Assembly (NCBI GenBank): GCA_963764715.1
Contig: CAVXTP010000022.1
Location: 160,001-224,000, forward strand
DNA length: 64,000 nucleotides
Source of the DNA: an uncultured Acidobacteriota bacterium
Lineage (GTDB): Bacteria > Acidobacteriota > Thermoanaerobaculia > UBA5066 > Gp7-AA6
Direction: 5' to 3'
Both the position numbers and the translations under genes were made by a program. Shown here one piece after another: positions 18,856 to 28,305 of the stretch. Under the pieces are notes generated by a model. That model was given only the letters and a program-made list of their open reading frames with translations. It had not been told where the DNA came from and made no database searches. Every line of letters begins with the position of its first letter. Position 1 is the stretch's first letter.

Positions 18856-19413
18856 GTGAAGATCAACCTGCCCAACGCGCTGACGCTGACGCGCATCTTT
18901 CTGGTGCCGTTCCTCGTCGTCGTCCTCCTGACGAAGTTCGAGGGCCGCGAGACGGTGGGCCTGCTGATCTTCCTGACGGCGGTCGCGACCGATTTCCTGG
19001 ACGGCTGGCTCGCGCGGCGCCGCGGCGAGATCACGACGCTCGGAACGCTGCTCGATCCGATCGCCGACAAGCTCCTGATTTCGGCGGCCTTCATCTCGCT
19101 CGTCGAGCTGAAGATGGCGCCGGCGTGGATGGTCGTCGTCGTCATCGGCCGGGAATTCGCGGTGTCGGGCCTGCGCTCGATCGGATCGGCCCGGGGAATC
19201 GTCATCCCCGCCTCGGGATGGGGCAAGGCCAAGATGATCACGCAGATCGCGGCGGTGTCGCTCCTGATTCTCGCGCTGCGGCACGAGCGCTTCCTCGAGG
19301 CGGGCCGGTTCGCGCTCTGGCTCGTCGTGGCCATCGCCCTCGCCTCGGGCACGGAGTACTTCCTGAGGTTCTTCCGCCGGATCGTGCTCGAGGACGGAGC
19401 GGAGGGCCGCTAA
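18856..19413 (+). CDS. pgsA: CDP-diacylglycerol--glycerol-3-phosphate 3-phosphatidyltransferase
   Basis: NLPNALTLTR, TDFLDGWLARR..GTLLDPIADK, GKAK. Confidence 0.94.
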   Translation: MKINLPNALTLTRIFLVPFLVVVLLTKFEGRETVGLLIFLTAVATDFLDGWLARRRGEITTLGTLLDPIADKLLISAAFISLVELKMAPAWMVVVVIGREFAVSGLRSIGSARGIVIPASGWGKAKMITQIAAVSLLILALRHERFLEAGRFALWLVVAIALASGTEYFLRFFRRIVLEDGAEGR

Positions 19414-20051
19414 GCCGGCCGGCGCGCCGCGAAGCGCCAGATGGGCCGTCCCTCTTCGAGGTACTTCAGCTCGTAGTGGGTCGGGGGCGGCGCGGGAAGG
19501 CTCGACCACTCGAGGCGCTCGAGCCCGTCCACCGTCTCGAGGAGCGAGCCGAGATCGGCGCCGTAGTCGGGGTGGTCGGTCGCGATGCGGACCGTGCCGC
19601 CGGGCGCGAGCCGCGACGCGAGCAGGTCGAGGAACACACCGTCGAGGAGCCGGCGCTTGCGCTGCTTCTTCTTCGGCCAGGGATCCGGGAAGTAGATGTG
19701 GAACGCATGCACGGAGGCGGGGGGGAGGGCGGTCTCGACGAACATGCGCCCGTCGGCTCGCACGACCCGGGCGTTGCCGAGTCCCGTGCGCGCGACGCGC
19801 TCGCGGCAGAGGCGGTAGTAGGAAAGCGAGCGCTCGATTCCCAGGAAGTCGTGCGCGGGGCAGGCCCGCGCCGACGCGAGGAGGAAGCGCGCCTTGCCGC
19901 TGCCGATCTCGACTTCGAGCGGGGCGAGCCGCGCGAAGAACGCCTCCGGGTCGAACCGACGCCCGAACCAGAGCTCTTCGTCCGCCGCGCCCGGCCACCG
20001 TCCCGGCGAACCCGCTGTGCTACCCTGATTTCGCAGAGCCGCGATTTTCAT
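19410..20051 (-). CDS. trmB: tRNA m7G46 methyltransferase TrmB (start uncertain)
   Basis: EIGSGKARF, FPDPWPKKKQRKRR, ATDHPDY, THYE. Confidence 0.85.
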   Translation of the reverse strand: MKIAALRNQGSTAGSPGRWPGAADEELWFGRRFDPEAFFARLAPLEVEIGSGKARFLLASARACPAHDFLGIERSLSYYRLCRERVARTGLGNARVVRADGRMFVETALPPASVHAFHIYFPDPWPKKKQRKRRLLDGVFLDLLASRLAPGGTVRIATDHPDYGADLGSLLETVDGLERLEWSSLPAPPPTHYELKYLEEGRPIWRFAARRPA

Positions 20052-20343
20052 GCCCACGATCGTCTTCGTCAACGAGGGGAAAGCGGGCACGGTCGAGGAG
20101 GGCACCACGGTCCTCCAGGCGGCCCTGGACCTCGGCGTCAAGATCAGCCACGTCTGCGGGGGCAACGGGACCTGCTCGACCTGCCGCGTCGAGATCGTCG
20201 TGGGGGGCGAAAACCTGACGCCCGTCAACCCGCAGGAGCTCGCCTACGAGATGGGAAACGGCCGGCGCCTGGGTTGCCAGGCGCGGGTCCGGGGCAACTG
20301 CGCGGTGCGCGCCCTGATGATCCCGAAGGTCGAGCTCTACTAG
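20050..20343 (+). CDS. 2Fe-2S ferredoxin
   Basis: CGGNGTCSTC..RLGCQ. Confidence 0.92.
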   Translation: MPTIVFVNEGKAGTVEEGTTVLQAALDLGVKISHVCGGNGTCSTCRVEIVVGGENLTPVNPQELAYEMGNGRRLGCQARVRGNCAVRALMIPKVELY

Positions 20344-20347
20344 CCCC

Positions 20348-21355
20348 CTAGCCCCGGGCGCGGTCGGCGACCGCCCGGGCGAACGCCCGGGTCCCCGCCG
20401 TGCCGCCGATGTCGGGCGTCTTGATCCCGGCCTCGAAGGTCCCGAAAAGCGCCCGTTCCGTGCGGTCGGCGAGCGCGGCGAGGCCCATGTGCCGGAGCAT
20501 GAGGATCGCCGACATCAGGAGGGCCGTGGGGTTCGCGCGGTCCTGGCCCGCGATGTCGGGAGCCGTCCCGTGGACCGCCTCGAAGAGGGCCACGCTCTCG
20601 CCGAGGTTGGCCCCCGGCACGAGGCCGAGCCCGCCGACGAGGCCCGCGGCGAGGTCGGACACGATGTCCCCGTAGAGATTCGGCAGGAGGAGGAGGTCGT
20701 ACTTCTCGGGCCGCATCACGAGCTCCATGGACGCGGCATCCACGATGCGGTCGTCGGAGGCGATGTCGGGGTAGTCCTCGGCGACCTTGCGGACGCAGTC
20801 GAGGAAGAGGCCGTCCGAGAGCTTCATGATGTTGGCCTTGTGGACCGCCGTGACGCGCCGCCGGCCGCGCGCCCGGGCGTACTCGAAGGCGTAGCGCGCG
20901 ATCCGGGTCGACGCGACCTCGGTGATGATCTTGATGGACTCGACCACCCCGGGGATCACCGTGTGCTCCAGGCCGCTGTAGAGGTCCTCCGTGTTCTCGC
21001 GGACGATGACGAGGTCGACGCCGGAGAACCGGCTGACGATCGACGGAACGTTGCGGACCGGCCGCACGTTCGCGAACAGCTCGAGCTCGCGGCGCATCCG
21101 CACGTTGACGGACTGGAAGCCCTTTCCGATGGGCGTGCCGACCGGCCCCTTGAGGGCCACGCGGTTTCGGCGGATCGACTCCAGGGCTCGCGCCGGCAGC
21201 GGATCGCCCTCGGCTTTCTCGGCGTCCCGGCCGACGAGGACTTCCTCCCACGCGATCGGCGCGCCGACGGCCTCGAGGACCGTCACGACGGCGTCGGCGA
21301 CTTCGGGGCCGATGCCGTCGCCCCGGATCAGGGTCACCCGGTGGTCGTGGCTCAA
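20348..21355 (-). CDS. NAD-dependent isocitrate dehydrogenase family (isocitrate/isopropylmalate dehydrogenase)
   Basis: TTG start; GDGIGPEV, SVNVRMR, RENTEDLYSGLEH, HKANIMKLSDGLF, NLYGDIVSD, HGTAPDIAG. Confidence 0.92.
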   Translation of the reverse strand: MSHDHRVTLIRGDGIGPEVADAVVTVLEAVGAPIAWEEVLVGRDAEKAEGDPLPARALESIRRNRVALKGPVGTPIGKGFQSVNVRMRRELELFANVRPVRNVPSIVSRFSGVDLVIVRENTEDLYSGLEHTVIPGVVESIKIITEVASTRIARYAFEYARARGRRRVTAVHKANIMKLSDGLFLDCVRKVAEDYPDIASDDRIVDAASMELVMRPEKYDLLLLPNLYGDIVSDLAAGLVGGLGLVPGANLGESVALFEAVHGTAPDIAGQDRANPTALLMSAILMLRHMGLAALADRTERALFGTFEAGIKTPDIGGTAGTRAFARAVADRARG

Positions 21356-22632
21356 TGGGCCTCCTTCTTCTCGGGAGCGGGAGCGTTGGGAAGGATCATC
21401 CGGATCCGCTTGACGGCGGTGGGGGTCGCATCCTCGATGACGAAGTCCGCGAACCGCCCCTTCCAACGCTCGCCCTTGCGCGGGATCCGGCCGAATCGCA
21501 GCATCAGGTGGCCGGCGATGGTCTCGGCCTCGTCGCGGGGGAGCGTGATCCCGAACTGCTCCTCGAGGTCGTCCAGCCGCAGGGCGCCCTCGAGCACGTA
21601 GGTGCGGTCGCCCGCCGGCTCGAATCCCGGCTTCTCCTCGTCGTACTCGTCCTGGATCTGTCCGAGGAGCTCCTCGATGGCGTTCTCGATCGTGACGAGG
21701 CCCGCGGTGCCGCCGTGCTCGTCCACGACGATCGCCATGTGGGTGTGGCGCCGGCGCATCTCGCGAAAGAGGTCCTCGGCGCGCTTGAACTCGGGCACGA
21801 GGAAGGGAGGATCGACGTACTTCGAGAGCTCGAAGGATCTCTCCTCGTCGTCGGTCAGGTCGAAGAGGTCCTTGGCGTGGAGGATCCCGATGACGTTGTC
21901 GAGCGTGCCCCGATAGACCGGCAGCCGCGAGAGCTTGTGCTCGCGCAGCAGAATCTTCACGTCGGCGAAGCTGGCGGTCTCGGGCAGGGCGACGATCTTG
22001 GTCCGGGGAACCATGATGTCCCGCACGGTCTTGTCGCCGAACTCGATGACCTTGTGCAGGAGCTGCCGCTCGCCGCGGTGGATGACGCCCTCGTCGGCGC
22101 CGAGGTTGAAGATGCTCTTGAGCTCGTCCTCGGTCAGGCCCGGCCGGTGCTCGGCGACGCCGAAGATCCGGAGCGTCGCGTTGGTCATCCGGACGCAGAT
22201 CTCGGCGATGGGGGAGAGGATCCGCATCATCCACGAGAGCGGCACCGCCACGGCCCGCGAGAACGGCACGGGCGAGGCGGCGGCGACCGCCTTCGGCATC
22301 ATCTCGGCGAAGACGAACAGGGTCAGCGTGGAGAAGACGACCGCGATCAGGATCCCGTACTTCGCGCCGAACCACCGCTCGGCGAGCGTGGTGGCCGAGG
22401 CCGAGGCGGCGCTCAGGAAGAGGTTCTGCGCGATGAGAATGACGGCGAGCAGCCGCGAGGTGTTGGCCCGGAGGCTCCGGATGAGGGCCCCGCGCCGGTC
22501 GCCCCTCTCGCGCATCGCCTGGAGGTCGATCCGCCCGAGCGACACGAGGGCCGTCTCCGAGCCGGCGAAGAACCCCGAGGCCAGCGTGGCCAGGGCGAAG
22601 GCCAGGGCGTAGAGGAGGATCTGCGGATCCAT
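21352..22632 (-). CDS. HlyC/CorC family (CNNM DUF21-CBS-CorC) transporter
   Basis: FFAGSETALVSL, AEMMPK, MVPRT, SRLPVY, VVDEHGGTAGLVT. Confidence 0.92.
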   Translation of the reverse strand: MDPQILLYALAFALATLASGFFAGSETALVSLGRIDLQAMRERGDRRGALIRSLRANTSRLLAVILIAQNLFLSAASASATTLAERWFGAKYGILIAVVFSTLTLFVFAEMMPKAVAAASPVPFSRAVAVPLSWMMRILSPIAEICVRMTNATLRIFGVAEHRPGLTEDELKSIFNLGADEGVIHRGERQLLHKVIEFGDKTVRDIMVPRTKIVALPETASFADVKILLREHKLSRLPVYRGTLDNVIGILHAKDLFDLTDDEERSFELSKYVDPPFLVPEFKRAEDLFREMRRRHTHMAIVVDEHGGTAGLVTIENAIEELLGQIQDEYDEEKPGFEPAGDRTYVLEGALRLDDLEEQFGITLPRDEAETIAGHLMLRFGRIPRKGERWKGRFADFVIEDATPTAVKRIRMILPNAPAPEKKEAH

Positions 22633-22663
22633 GGGTCGGTCCTTTCGAAATCGAGGCGCGATC

Positions 22664-23695
22664 TTACAGGGGAAGGCGCCCCAGCCGGTCGAGGGCCCAC
22701 CGCGCGGCGTCCGCCAGGCCGGCCTCCGCGACGCCGGCCGCGCCGCCGAGGGCCGCACGGGCCTGCCGGTCGCCGCACGCGCCCGCCGAGGCCGCGGCGT
22801 TTCGCTGGAGGCCGCGCCGCGCGGGCCGGGTCACGGCCGTCCGGGCGAAGCTCCGCTCCCAGGCGCCCCGGCCCATCGCGAGAATCTCGGCGCGTGTCGG
22901 AGGCGGCGGCGACGCCGGGGCGGCGAGCTCGAGCGGCGCGTTCCAGGGACAGACCTCCTGGCAGACGTCGCAGCCGAAGACGTGCTCGCCGAGCGCGGCC
23001 TTCCAGCCGTCCGGGATCGGTCCGCGGTGCTCGATCGTCCAGTACGCGAGGCAGCGCCCGGCGTCGAGAATTCCCGCCTCGACGAACGCCCCGGTCGGGC
23101 ACGCCTCGAGGCACAGGGTGCAGGCGCCGCAGCGCTCGGCGGCGGGCGCGTCCGGCGGCAGGTCGAGGTCGGTCAGGATCTCGGCGAGCAGGAGGTACGA
23201 GCCGTGGGCCTCGTCCATGAGGCAGCCGTTCTTGCCGATCCAGCCCAGTCCCGCCGCCGCGGCGAAGGACCGCTCGGCGAGCGGAGTCGAGTCGACGCAG
23301 ACGCGGGACGCCCAGCCGCCGCCGAGGCGCCCGCGGGTGCCTTCGACGACGGCGAGGGCGCGGGAGCGGAGCGACGCGTGGTAGTCGGCCCCGCGCGCGT
23401 AGCGGGCGAACCTCGACCCGTCGGACGCCACCCAGGGGGCGGCGGAGTGGGGCGCCGCGAGGCAGACGACGGACCGCGCGCCCGGAAGGAGCTCCCGGGG
23501 CGAGGCGCGGATCCTCCGGGTCTCCTCGAGGTAGGCCATCCCCGCGTGGCGGCCCGAGTCGATCCAGGCCTCGAAGCGTTCGCGGCCCGGCGGTTCTCCG
23601 GCCGCCGCGATTCCGACCTTCGCGAAGCCCGCCGCGATCGCCTCCTCGCGCAGAACGCGCGCGGCGAGCAGCCGGTCCGGAGGGGAAGAGGCCAC
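22664..23695 (-). CDS. queG: tRNA epoxyqueuosine reductase QueG
   Basis: ARYARGADYH, VDS, AGLGWIGKN, CGACTLCLEACPT, CLAYWTIE, FGCDVCQEVCPWN. Confidence 0.93.
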   Translation of the reverse strand: MASSPPDRLLAARVLREEAIAAGFAKVGIAAAGEPPGRERFEAWIDSGRHAGMAYLEETRRIRASPRELLPGARSVVCLAAPHSAAPWVASDGSRFARYARGADYHASLRSRALAVVEGTRGRLGGGWASRVCVDSTPLAERSFAAAAGLGWIGKNGCLMDEAHGSYLLLAEILTDLDLPPDAPAAERCGACTLCLEACPTGAFVEAGILDAGRCLAYWTIEHRGPIPDGWKAALGEHVFGCDVCQEVCPWNAPLELAAPASPPPPTRAEILAMGRGAWERSFARTAVTRPARRGLQRNAAASAGACGDRQARAALGGAAGVAEAGLADAARWALDRLGRLPL

Positions 23696-23701
23696 CGCGT
23701 C

Positions 23702-23713
23702 GATGCTAGCATC
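23702..23713. promoter_or_regulatory. Palindromic bidirectional extended -10 element
   Basis: GATGCTAGCATC reads TG-C-TAGCAT on both strands, between the divergent queG and AI-2E genes. Confidence 0.5.
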
Positions 23714-23723
23714 CGACCGCACG

Positions 23724-24818
23724 ATGCCTCCCGACCGGTTCGCCACGAGGGTCTTCGGTCTCGCGGTCCTCGCGCTTCTCGCGTACGCGCTCGTCCTGAT
23801 CTTCCGGCCTTTCTACGGGCCGATCGTCTGGGCGCTGCTGATCGCGTTCCTCCTCTTCCCGGTCGTGCGGCGCGTCCGGAAGGCGGTCGGGGACCGGCAC
23901 GGCCTGGCCGCGATCCTGATGACGCTGGGGGTCATCCTGGGCATCGTCCTTCCGGCCGTGGTCGTGGCGGCCGCCTTCGGTGGGCAGGCCGTCGAGCTCG
24001 GGCAGCGGCTGTCGGCGCTCGCGCAGGAGTACAGGATCCACGGCGCGGAGGACCTGACACAGATCCCGGTTTTCGGGGAGGCCGTGAAGTGGGTGGACGA
24101 CCGCATTCCGGCGTCGGCCGCCGAGATCCAGGAATGGCTGATCCGGACGCTCCAGTCGGTCCTCCACTTTCTGCTCTCGCACAGCGGAGATTTCGTCGTC
24201 GGGGCGTTCGGCGTTTTCGGCAGCCTGTCGCTGATGCTCTTCGTCCTGTTCTTCTTCCTCCGCGACGGCGACGCCATGGCCGCCCGGGCGATCCGGCTCG
24301 TTCCCATGGACCCGAAGAAAAAGGCGCGGCTCGCCGCACACCTCGGCGACGTCACGCACGCGGTCGTGTTCGGCACCCTCGTCACCGCCATCGTGCAGGG
24401 GGTTCTCATCGGGATCGCCTTCTGGATCACGGGCCTCTCCTCGCCCGTCGTTTTCGGCGGGCTCGGCTTCATCGCCTCGTTCGTTCCCTTCCTCGGCACG
24501 GCGCTCGTGGTCGGACCGGCCTGCCTCTACCTCCTGGCCAAGGGGGTCGTCTGGAAGACGGTCTTCATGCTCGTGTGGGGGGTCGTGGTGGCCGGCAGCG
24601 CCGACAATTTCCTCCGCCCGGCCCTCGTGTCGGGCCGGGCCGAGATCGGGACCCTGACCGCGTTCTTCGGCGTGATCGGCGGGATCGCGGCCTTCGGAAT
24701 GGTCGGCCTCTTCCTCGGGCCCGTGTTCCTCGCCCTGGTCCTCGCGCTGATCGAGTTCGTCGAGGAGGACCGGGCCCTGGAGGCGGCCGTCCCGCCCGCG
24801 CCGCCGCCGAAGGCCTGA
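23724..24818 (+). CDS. AI-2E family transporter
   Basis: Multi-TM protein; FFFLRDG, AIVQG, SFVPFLGT, ADNFLRP, GLFLGP. Confidence 0.92.
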   Translation: MPPDRFATRVFGLAVLALLAYALVLIFRPFYGPIVWALLIAFLLFPVVRRVRKAVGDRHGLAAILMTLGVILGIVLPAVVVAAAFGGQAVELGQRLSALAQEYRIHGAEDLTQIPVFGEAVKWVDDRIPASAAEIQEWLIRTLQSVLHFLLSHSGDFVVGAFGVFGSLSLMLFVLFFFLRDGDAMAARAIRLVPMDPKKKARLAAHLGDVTHAVVFGTLVTAIVQGVLIGIAFWITGLSSPVVFGGLGFIASFVPFLGTALVVGPACLYLLAKGVVWKTVFMLVWGVVVAGSADNFLRPALVSGRAEIGTLTAFFGVIGGIAAFGMVGLFLGPVFLALVLALIEFVEEDRALEAAVPPAPPPKA

Positions 24819-24833
24819 GGCCCGGGCGAGGCC

Positions 24834-25910
24834 CTACTTCCGGACCCAGTCGGCGACGAAGATGTTGGTCTCGTGCGGCTTCGTCCCGTTGCGGTTGGAG
24901 GCGAACACGAGCCGCTTTCCGTCGCGCGTGAGCATCGGGAAGCCGTCGAAGTCGGCGCTGTGGGTGACCTGCGTGAGGTTCGTGCCGTCCTCGCGGATCA
25001 GGTAGAGCTCGAACTCCCGGCCCTTCGGGTCGCCCAGGTTGGACGAGAAGATGATCTCGCGGCCTCCGGGCAGGAAGAAGGGCGCGAAGTTCGCCGCGCC
25101 GTTGGACGTGACGGCGTGGTCGTTGGAGCCGTCGGCGTTCATCACGCGGATCTCGAGACCGTGCGGCGCGTACAGGTGGCGCGCGAGGTTTTCCCGGAAG
25201 AGCGCGAGGCCCTCCGGGGTCGCCGGGTGGTCCGCCCGGTAGACGATCTTCTTTCCGTCGTCCGAGAAGAACGGGCCCCCGTCGTAGCCGGGGGTGTTCG
25301 TCAGCCGGCGGACGTCCGTCCCGTCGGCCTTCATGGTGTAGATCTCGAGGTCGCCGTCGCGCGCCGAGGTGAACACGATCGTCGAGCCGTCCGGCGAGAT
25401 CGTGGCCTCGGCGTCGTAGGCGGGCGAGGCGAAAAGGGGCCGGAGGTCGCTGTCGTCGCTCTTCGCGGCGTAGATGTCGTAGTCGTCGAGCGCCCAGACG
25501 TAGCCGTGGGAGCGGTCCGGCCGCGGCGGGCATGCGGCGCCGGCGCGGAACGTCGAGGCGTAGACGATCCGCTCGCCGTCCGGGAAGAAGTACGCGCAGG
25601 TCGTCTTGCCCTGCCCGTTGGAGACCCGCCGGCGGCCCGAGCCGTCCGCCTGCATCGTGAAGATCTGGTCGCAGGGCAGCGTGCCCTCGTCGGACTGGAA
25701 GATCAGGCGCGCGCCGTCCGCCGACCAGTAGGCCTCGGCGTTCTGGCCGCCGAAGGTCAGCTGGCGCAGGTTCGCGATGAACGCCTCCTCGCCCGGCCGG
25801 ACGAGCGACGAGGGCGCGGCGGGCGTCGGCCGGGGCGGCGCCTCCTGCCCGACGGCGGAAAACGCGGCGACGGCGACGAAGAGAGCGGGGGCGACGTATC
25901 GGTAGAGCAT
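24834..25910 (-). CDS. Secreted TolB-like PD40 beta-propeller protein
   Basis: Signal peptide; QLTFGGQNAEAYWS, YDAEATISPDG, YDGGPFFS, FDGFPM, FASNR. Confidence 0.85.
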   Translation of the reverse strand: MLYRYVAPALFVAVAAFSAVGQEAPPRPTPAAPSSLVRPGEEAFIANLRQLTFGGQNAEAYWSADGARLIFQSDEGTLPCDQIFTMQADGSGRRRVSNGQGKTTCAYFFPDGERIVYASTFRAGAACPPRPDRSHGYVWALDDYDIYAAKSDDSDLRPLFASPAYDAEATISPDGSTIVFTSARDGDLEIYTMKADGTDVRRLTNTPGYDGGPFFSDDGKKIVYRADHPATPEGLALFRENLARHLYAPHGLEIRVMNADGSNDHAVTSNGAANFAPFFLPGGREIIFSSNLGDPKGREFELYLIREDGTNLTQVTHSADFDGFPMLTRDGKRLVFASNRNGTKPHETNIFVADWVRK

Positions 25911-25961
25911 GCGGGCCGGCATTCTAGCCGCGAATTGCCTTATCCTCGAACCGGATTCCCG

Positions 25962-27056
25962 ATGGATTCGCCCAAAGACCTGAAACGAGTGCTCGCGGAC
26001 GAGGTCCGCGCGGCGATCGCCGAAACCGCGCCTCCGGCCGCGTCGGCCGCGGGCCGCGGCGATGCGGCGAGCGAGGGCGTCCGCGCCGCGCTCTCGCGCG
26101 CCGAAGACGTCCTGACGCCGGCCGTGCCCGGGGGCGCGCCGTTGTCCGGGCTCAAGGGCCTCGCGATCCGCGCGCTCCGGTTTCTCTGGAGGAACCAGTC
26201 CTCCTTCAACGCGCTCTCGCTCTCCGCCTCGTCCGGCCTGGCCGACGGGATCGACCGGCTGCGCGCCGAGGTCGGCCGCGGGCTCGAGGAGCTGTCGCGG
26301 CGCGCCGGCATCCAGGAGGCCCGGCTGACGCTCGTCGAATCGGGAGCCGGGGCTCGCCCCGGAGCGTCGGCCGGCCCGTCGGTCGCGTTGCCCGCTCCGG
26401 GGATCCCTCCGGGCGTCTACGCGCTCTTCGAGGAGCGCTTCCGGGGCCGCCCGGAGGACATCGCCAGGGGCCAGCGCGCCTACCTGGAAGAGCTCCGGGA
26501 CCTGCCGGGGCCCGTTCTCGACGTCGGCTGCGGGCGCGGCGAGTTCCTGGGCCTCCTCAAGGCCGCGGGCATCCCGGCCGCCGGCCTCGAGTCGAACCCC
26601 GTCTCGGTCGAGTCCTGCCGGCGCGCGGGGCTGGAGGTCGAGTCGGGGGACGCGCTCGAGCTCCTCGGGCGGCGCCCGGCCGGCAAGCTCGGCGCGGTGG
26701 TGGCGTTCCAGGTCGTCGAGCACTGGCCGCCCGAAGCGATCTTCCGCTTCCTCCAGCACGCCCGCCGCGCGCTCGCCCCCGGGGGCGTCGTGATCGCCGA
26801 GACGATCAACGCCGATTCGCTGTCGGCTCTGCGGGCGTTCTACCTCGACCCGACCCACGTGCGTCCCGTGCCTCCGGAGGCGTTGCGGTTTCTGGCCGAG
26901 GCGGCCGGGTTCACCGACGCGCGGATCGAGTACCGCTCGCCCCTTCCGGCCGGGGAACGCCTGGAGGAGACGTCGGAGAACGCGAAGCGGCTCAACGCGC
27001 TCCTGTACGCCCCCCAGGATTACGCGCTCATCGGCCGCGTGCCGGTTCCGGAGTGA
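25962..27056 (+). CDS. Class I SAM methyltransferase with N-terminal coiled coil (surface-glycan associated)
   Basis: YALFEERFRG, VLDVGCGRGEFL, FQVVEH, ETIN, FYLDPTH, QDYA. Confidence 0.85.
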   Translation: MDSPKDLKRVLADEVRAAIAETAPPAASAAGRGDAASEGVRAALSRAEDVLTPAVPGGAPLSGLKGLAIRALRFLWRNQSSFNALSLSASSGLADGIDRLRAEVGRGLEELSRRAGIQEARLTLVESGAGARPGASAGPSVALPAPGIPPGVYALFEERFRGRPEDIARGQRAYLEELRDLPGPVLDVGCGRGEFLGLLKAAGIPAAGLESNPVSVESCRRAGLEVESGDALELLGRRPAGKLGAVVAFQVVEHWPPEAIFRFLQHARRALAPGGVVIAETINADSLSALRAFYLDPTHVRPVPPEALRFLAEAAGFTDARIEYRSPLPAGERLEETSENAKRLNALLYAPQDYALIGRVPVPE

Positions 27057-28105
27057 GCTCGCGCCGCGTCCTGGTCCTCGCGGTGCAGACGCCCTTCGCG
27101 CGGGGAGGCGCGGAGCGTCACGTGCAGCGCCTGACGGAGGAGCTTCTCCGGCGGGGAGTCGAGGCCGACCTCGTGACGCTGCCGCTGATCGAGCGCGAGC
27201 GCTTCGACCTCGTGCGGAGCGCCGCCGCCTGGCGCAGCCTCGACCTGACGGAGGCCGGCGGGCGGCCGGTCGACGCGGTGATCGCGACGCGCTTTCCGAG
27301 CTACGCGGTGCGGCATCCCAACAAGCTCGTCTGGCTCATCCACCAGTACCGGCAGGCGTACGACCAGTTCGGGACGCCGTTCTCCGACCTGACCGCGTCC
27401 CCCGAGGACCGCCGCACGCGCGAGGTGATCGCCGAGATCGACCGGGTCGGCCTCACGGAGGCCCGCAAGGTCTTCGCCAACTCGCAGACGGTGGCCGCGC
27501 GGCTCCTGCGCTTCAACGGCATCCGCTCCGAGCCGCTCTACCATCCGCCGCCGCTCGCGGGACGGCACCGCAGCGGCGCCTTCGGCGACGCGGTGCTGTG
27601 GGTCGGAAGGCTCGACGCCTGGAAGCGCCCGGGCCTCCTGCTCGAGGCGCTGCCCCACGCGCCCGAGGCCCGCGCCGTCTTCGTCGGAAGCGGCCCCGAG
27701 GAGGACCGCCTCCGGCGCCGCGCCGCCGAGCTCGGCGTCGAGTCGCGGGTGCGCTTCCTCGCGTCGGTCGAGGACGAGGAGCTGCTGGATCTCTACGCGA
27801 ACGCGCGGATCGTGGCGGTGACGGCCTCGGGCGAGGACCTGGGCTACGTGCCGATCGAGGCGCACCTCTCGGGCAAGCCGGTCCTGACGACCGAGGACGC
27901 GGGCGGGCCGCTCGAGTTCGTCCGCGACGGAGAGACCGGCCTCGTCGTGGCGCCGCGGCCCGAGGCCCTCGGCGTGGCGCTCCGGCTGGCCTGGACGAGG
28001 CTCGACGCCCTGAAGGCGATGGGGGAGGCGGGCCGGCGCCGCGCCGCGCGCCTGACCTGGGACGAGCCGGTCGACCGGCTGCTCGGCGCCGCGGGGCTCG
28101 CGTGA
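27053..28105 (+). CDS. Glycosyltransferase family 4
   Basis: RGGAE, TRFPSY, GRLDAWKR, EDLGYVPIEA..GKPV. Confidence 0.9.
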   Translation: MSSRRVLVLAVQTPFARGGAERHVQRLTEELLRRGVEADLVTLPLIERERFDLVRSAAAWRSLDLTEAGGRPVDAVIATRFPSYAVRHPNKLVWLIHQYRQAYDQFGTPFSDLTASPEDRRTREVIAEIDRVGLTEARKVFANSQTVAARLLRFNGIRSEPLYHPPPLAGRHRSGAFGDAVLWVGRLDAWKRPGLLLEALPHAPEARAVFVGSGPEEDRLRRRAAELGVESRVRFLASVEDEELLDLYANARIVAVTASGEDLGYVPIEAHLSGKPVLTTEDAGGPLEFVRDGETGLVVAPRPEALGVALRLAWTRLDALKAMGEAGRRRAARLTWDEPVDRLLGAAGLA

Positions 28106-28305
28106 ACGGCACGGCCGATCCTCTCCGGCGTCTCGCGCAGGAGCGGGGCCGGATCCTCGGCGAGCTCGGGGTGCGGCCCGACGACGCCCGCTGGGCGCGG
28201 CGGGAGGCCGAGATGCTCGCGAGCCTCCTGACGCCGTCGCGCCGTCTCCGCCTGCCGGGACCTCTCGGCCGGATCCTGCGTCGGATCGCCCGCCGGATCC
28301 GCTAG
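28102..28305 (+). CDS. Small hypothetical protein (67 aa) with basic amphipathic C-terminus
   Basis: GTGA overlap with the GT4 stop; fills the gap to the convergent gene; ends LPGPLGRILRRIARRIR. Confidence 0.5.
   Translation: MNGTADPLRRLAQERGRILGELGVRPDDARWARREAEMLASLLTPSRRLRLPGPLGRILRRIARRIR

Noticed and set aside
22630-22650. Leader TTCGAAAGGACCG shared by the corC-like gene and the epimerase (49052-49070)
   Set aside because: Largely explained by a Shine-Dalgarno core; two short copies are not enough to claim a regulatory motif.
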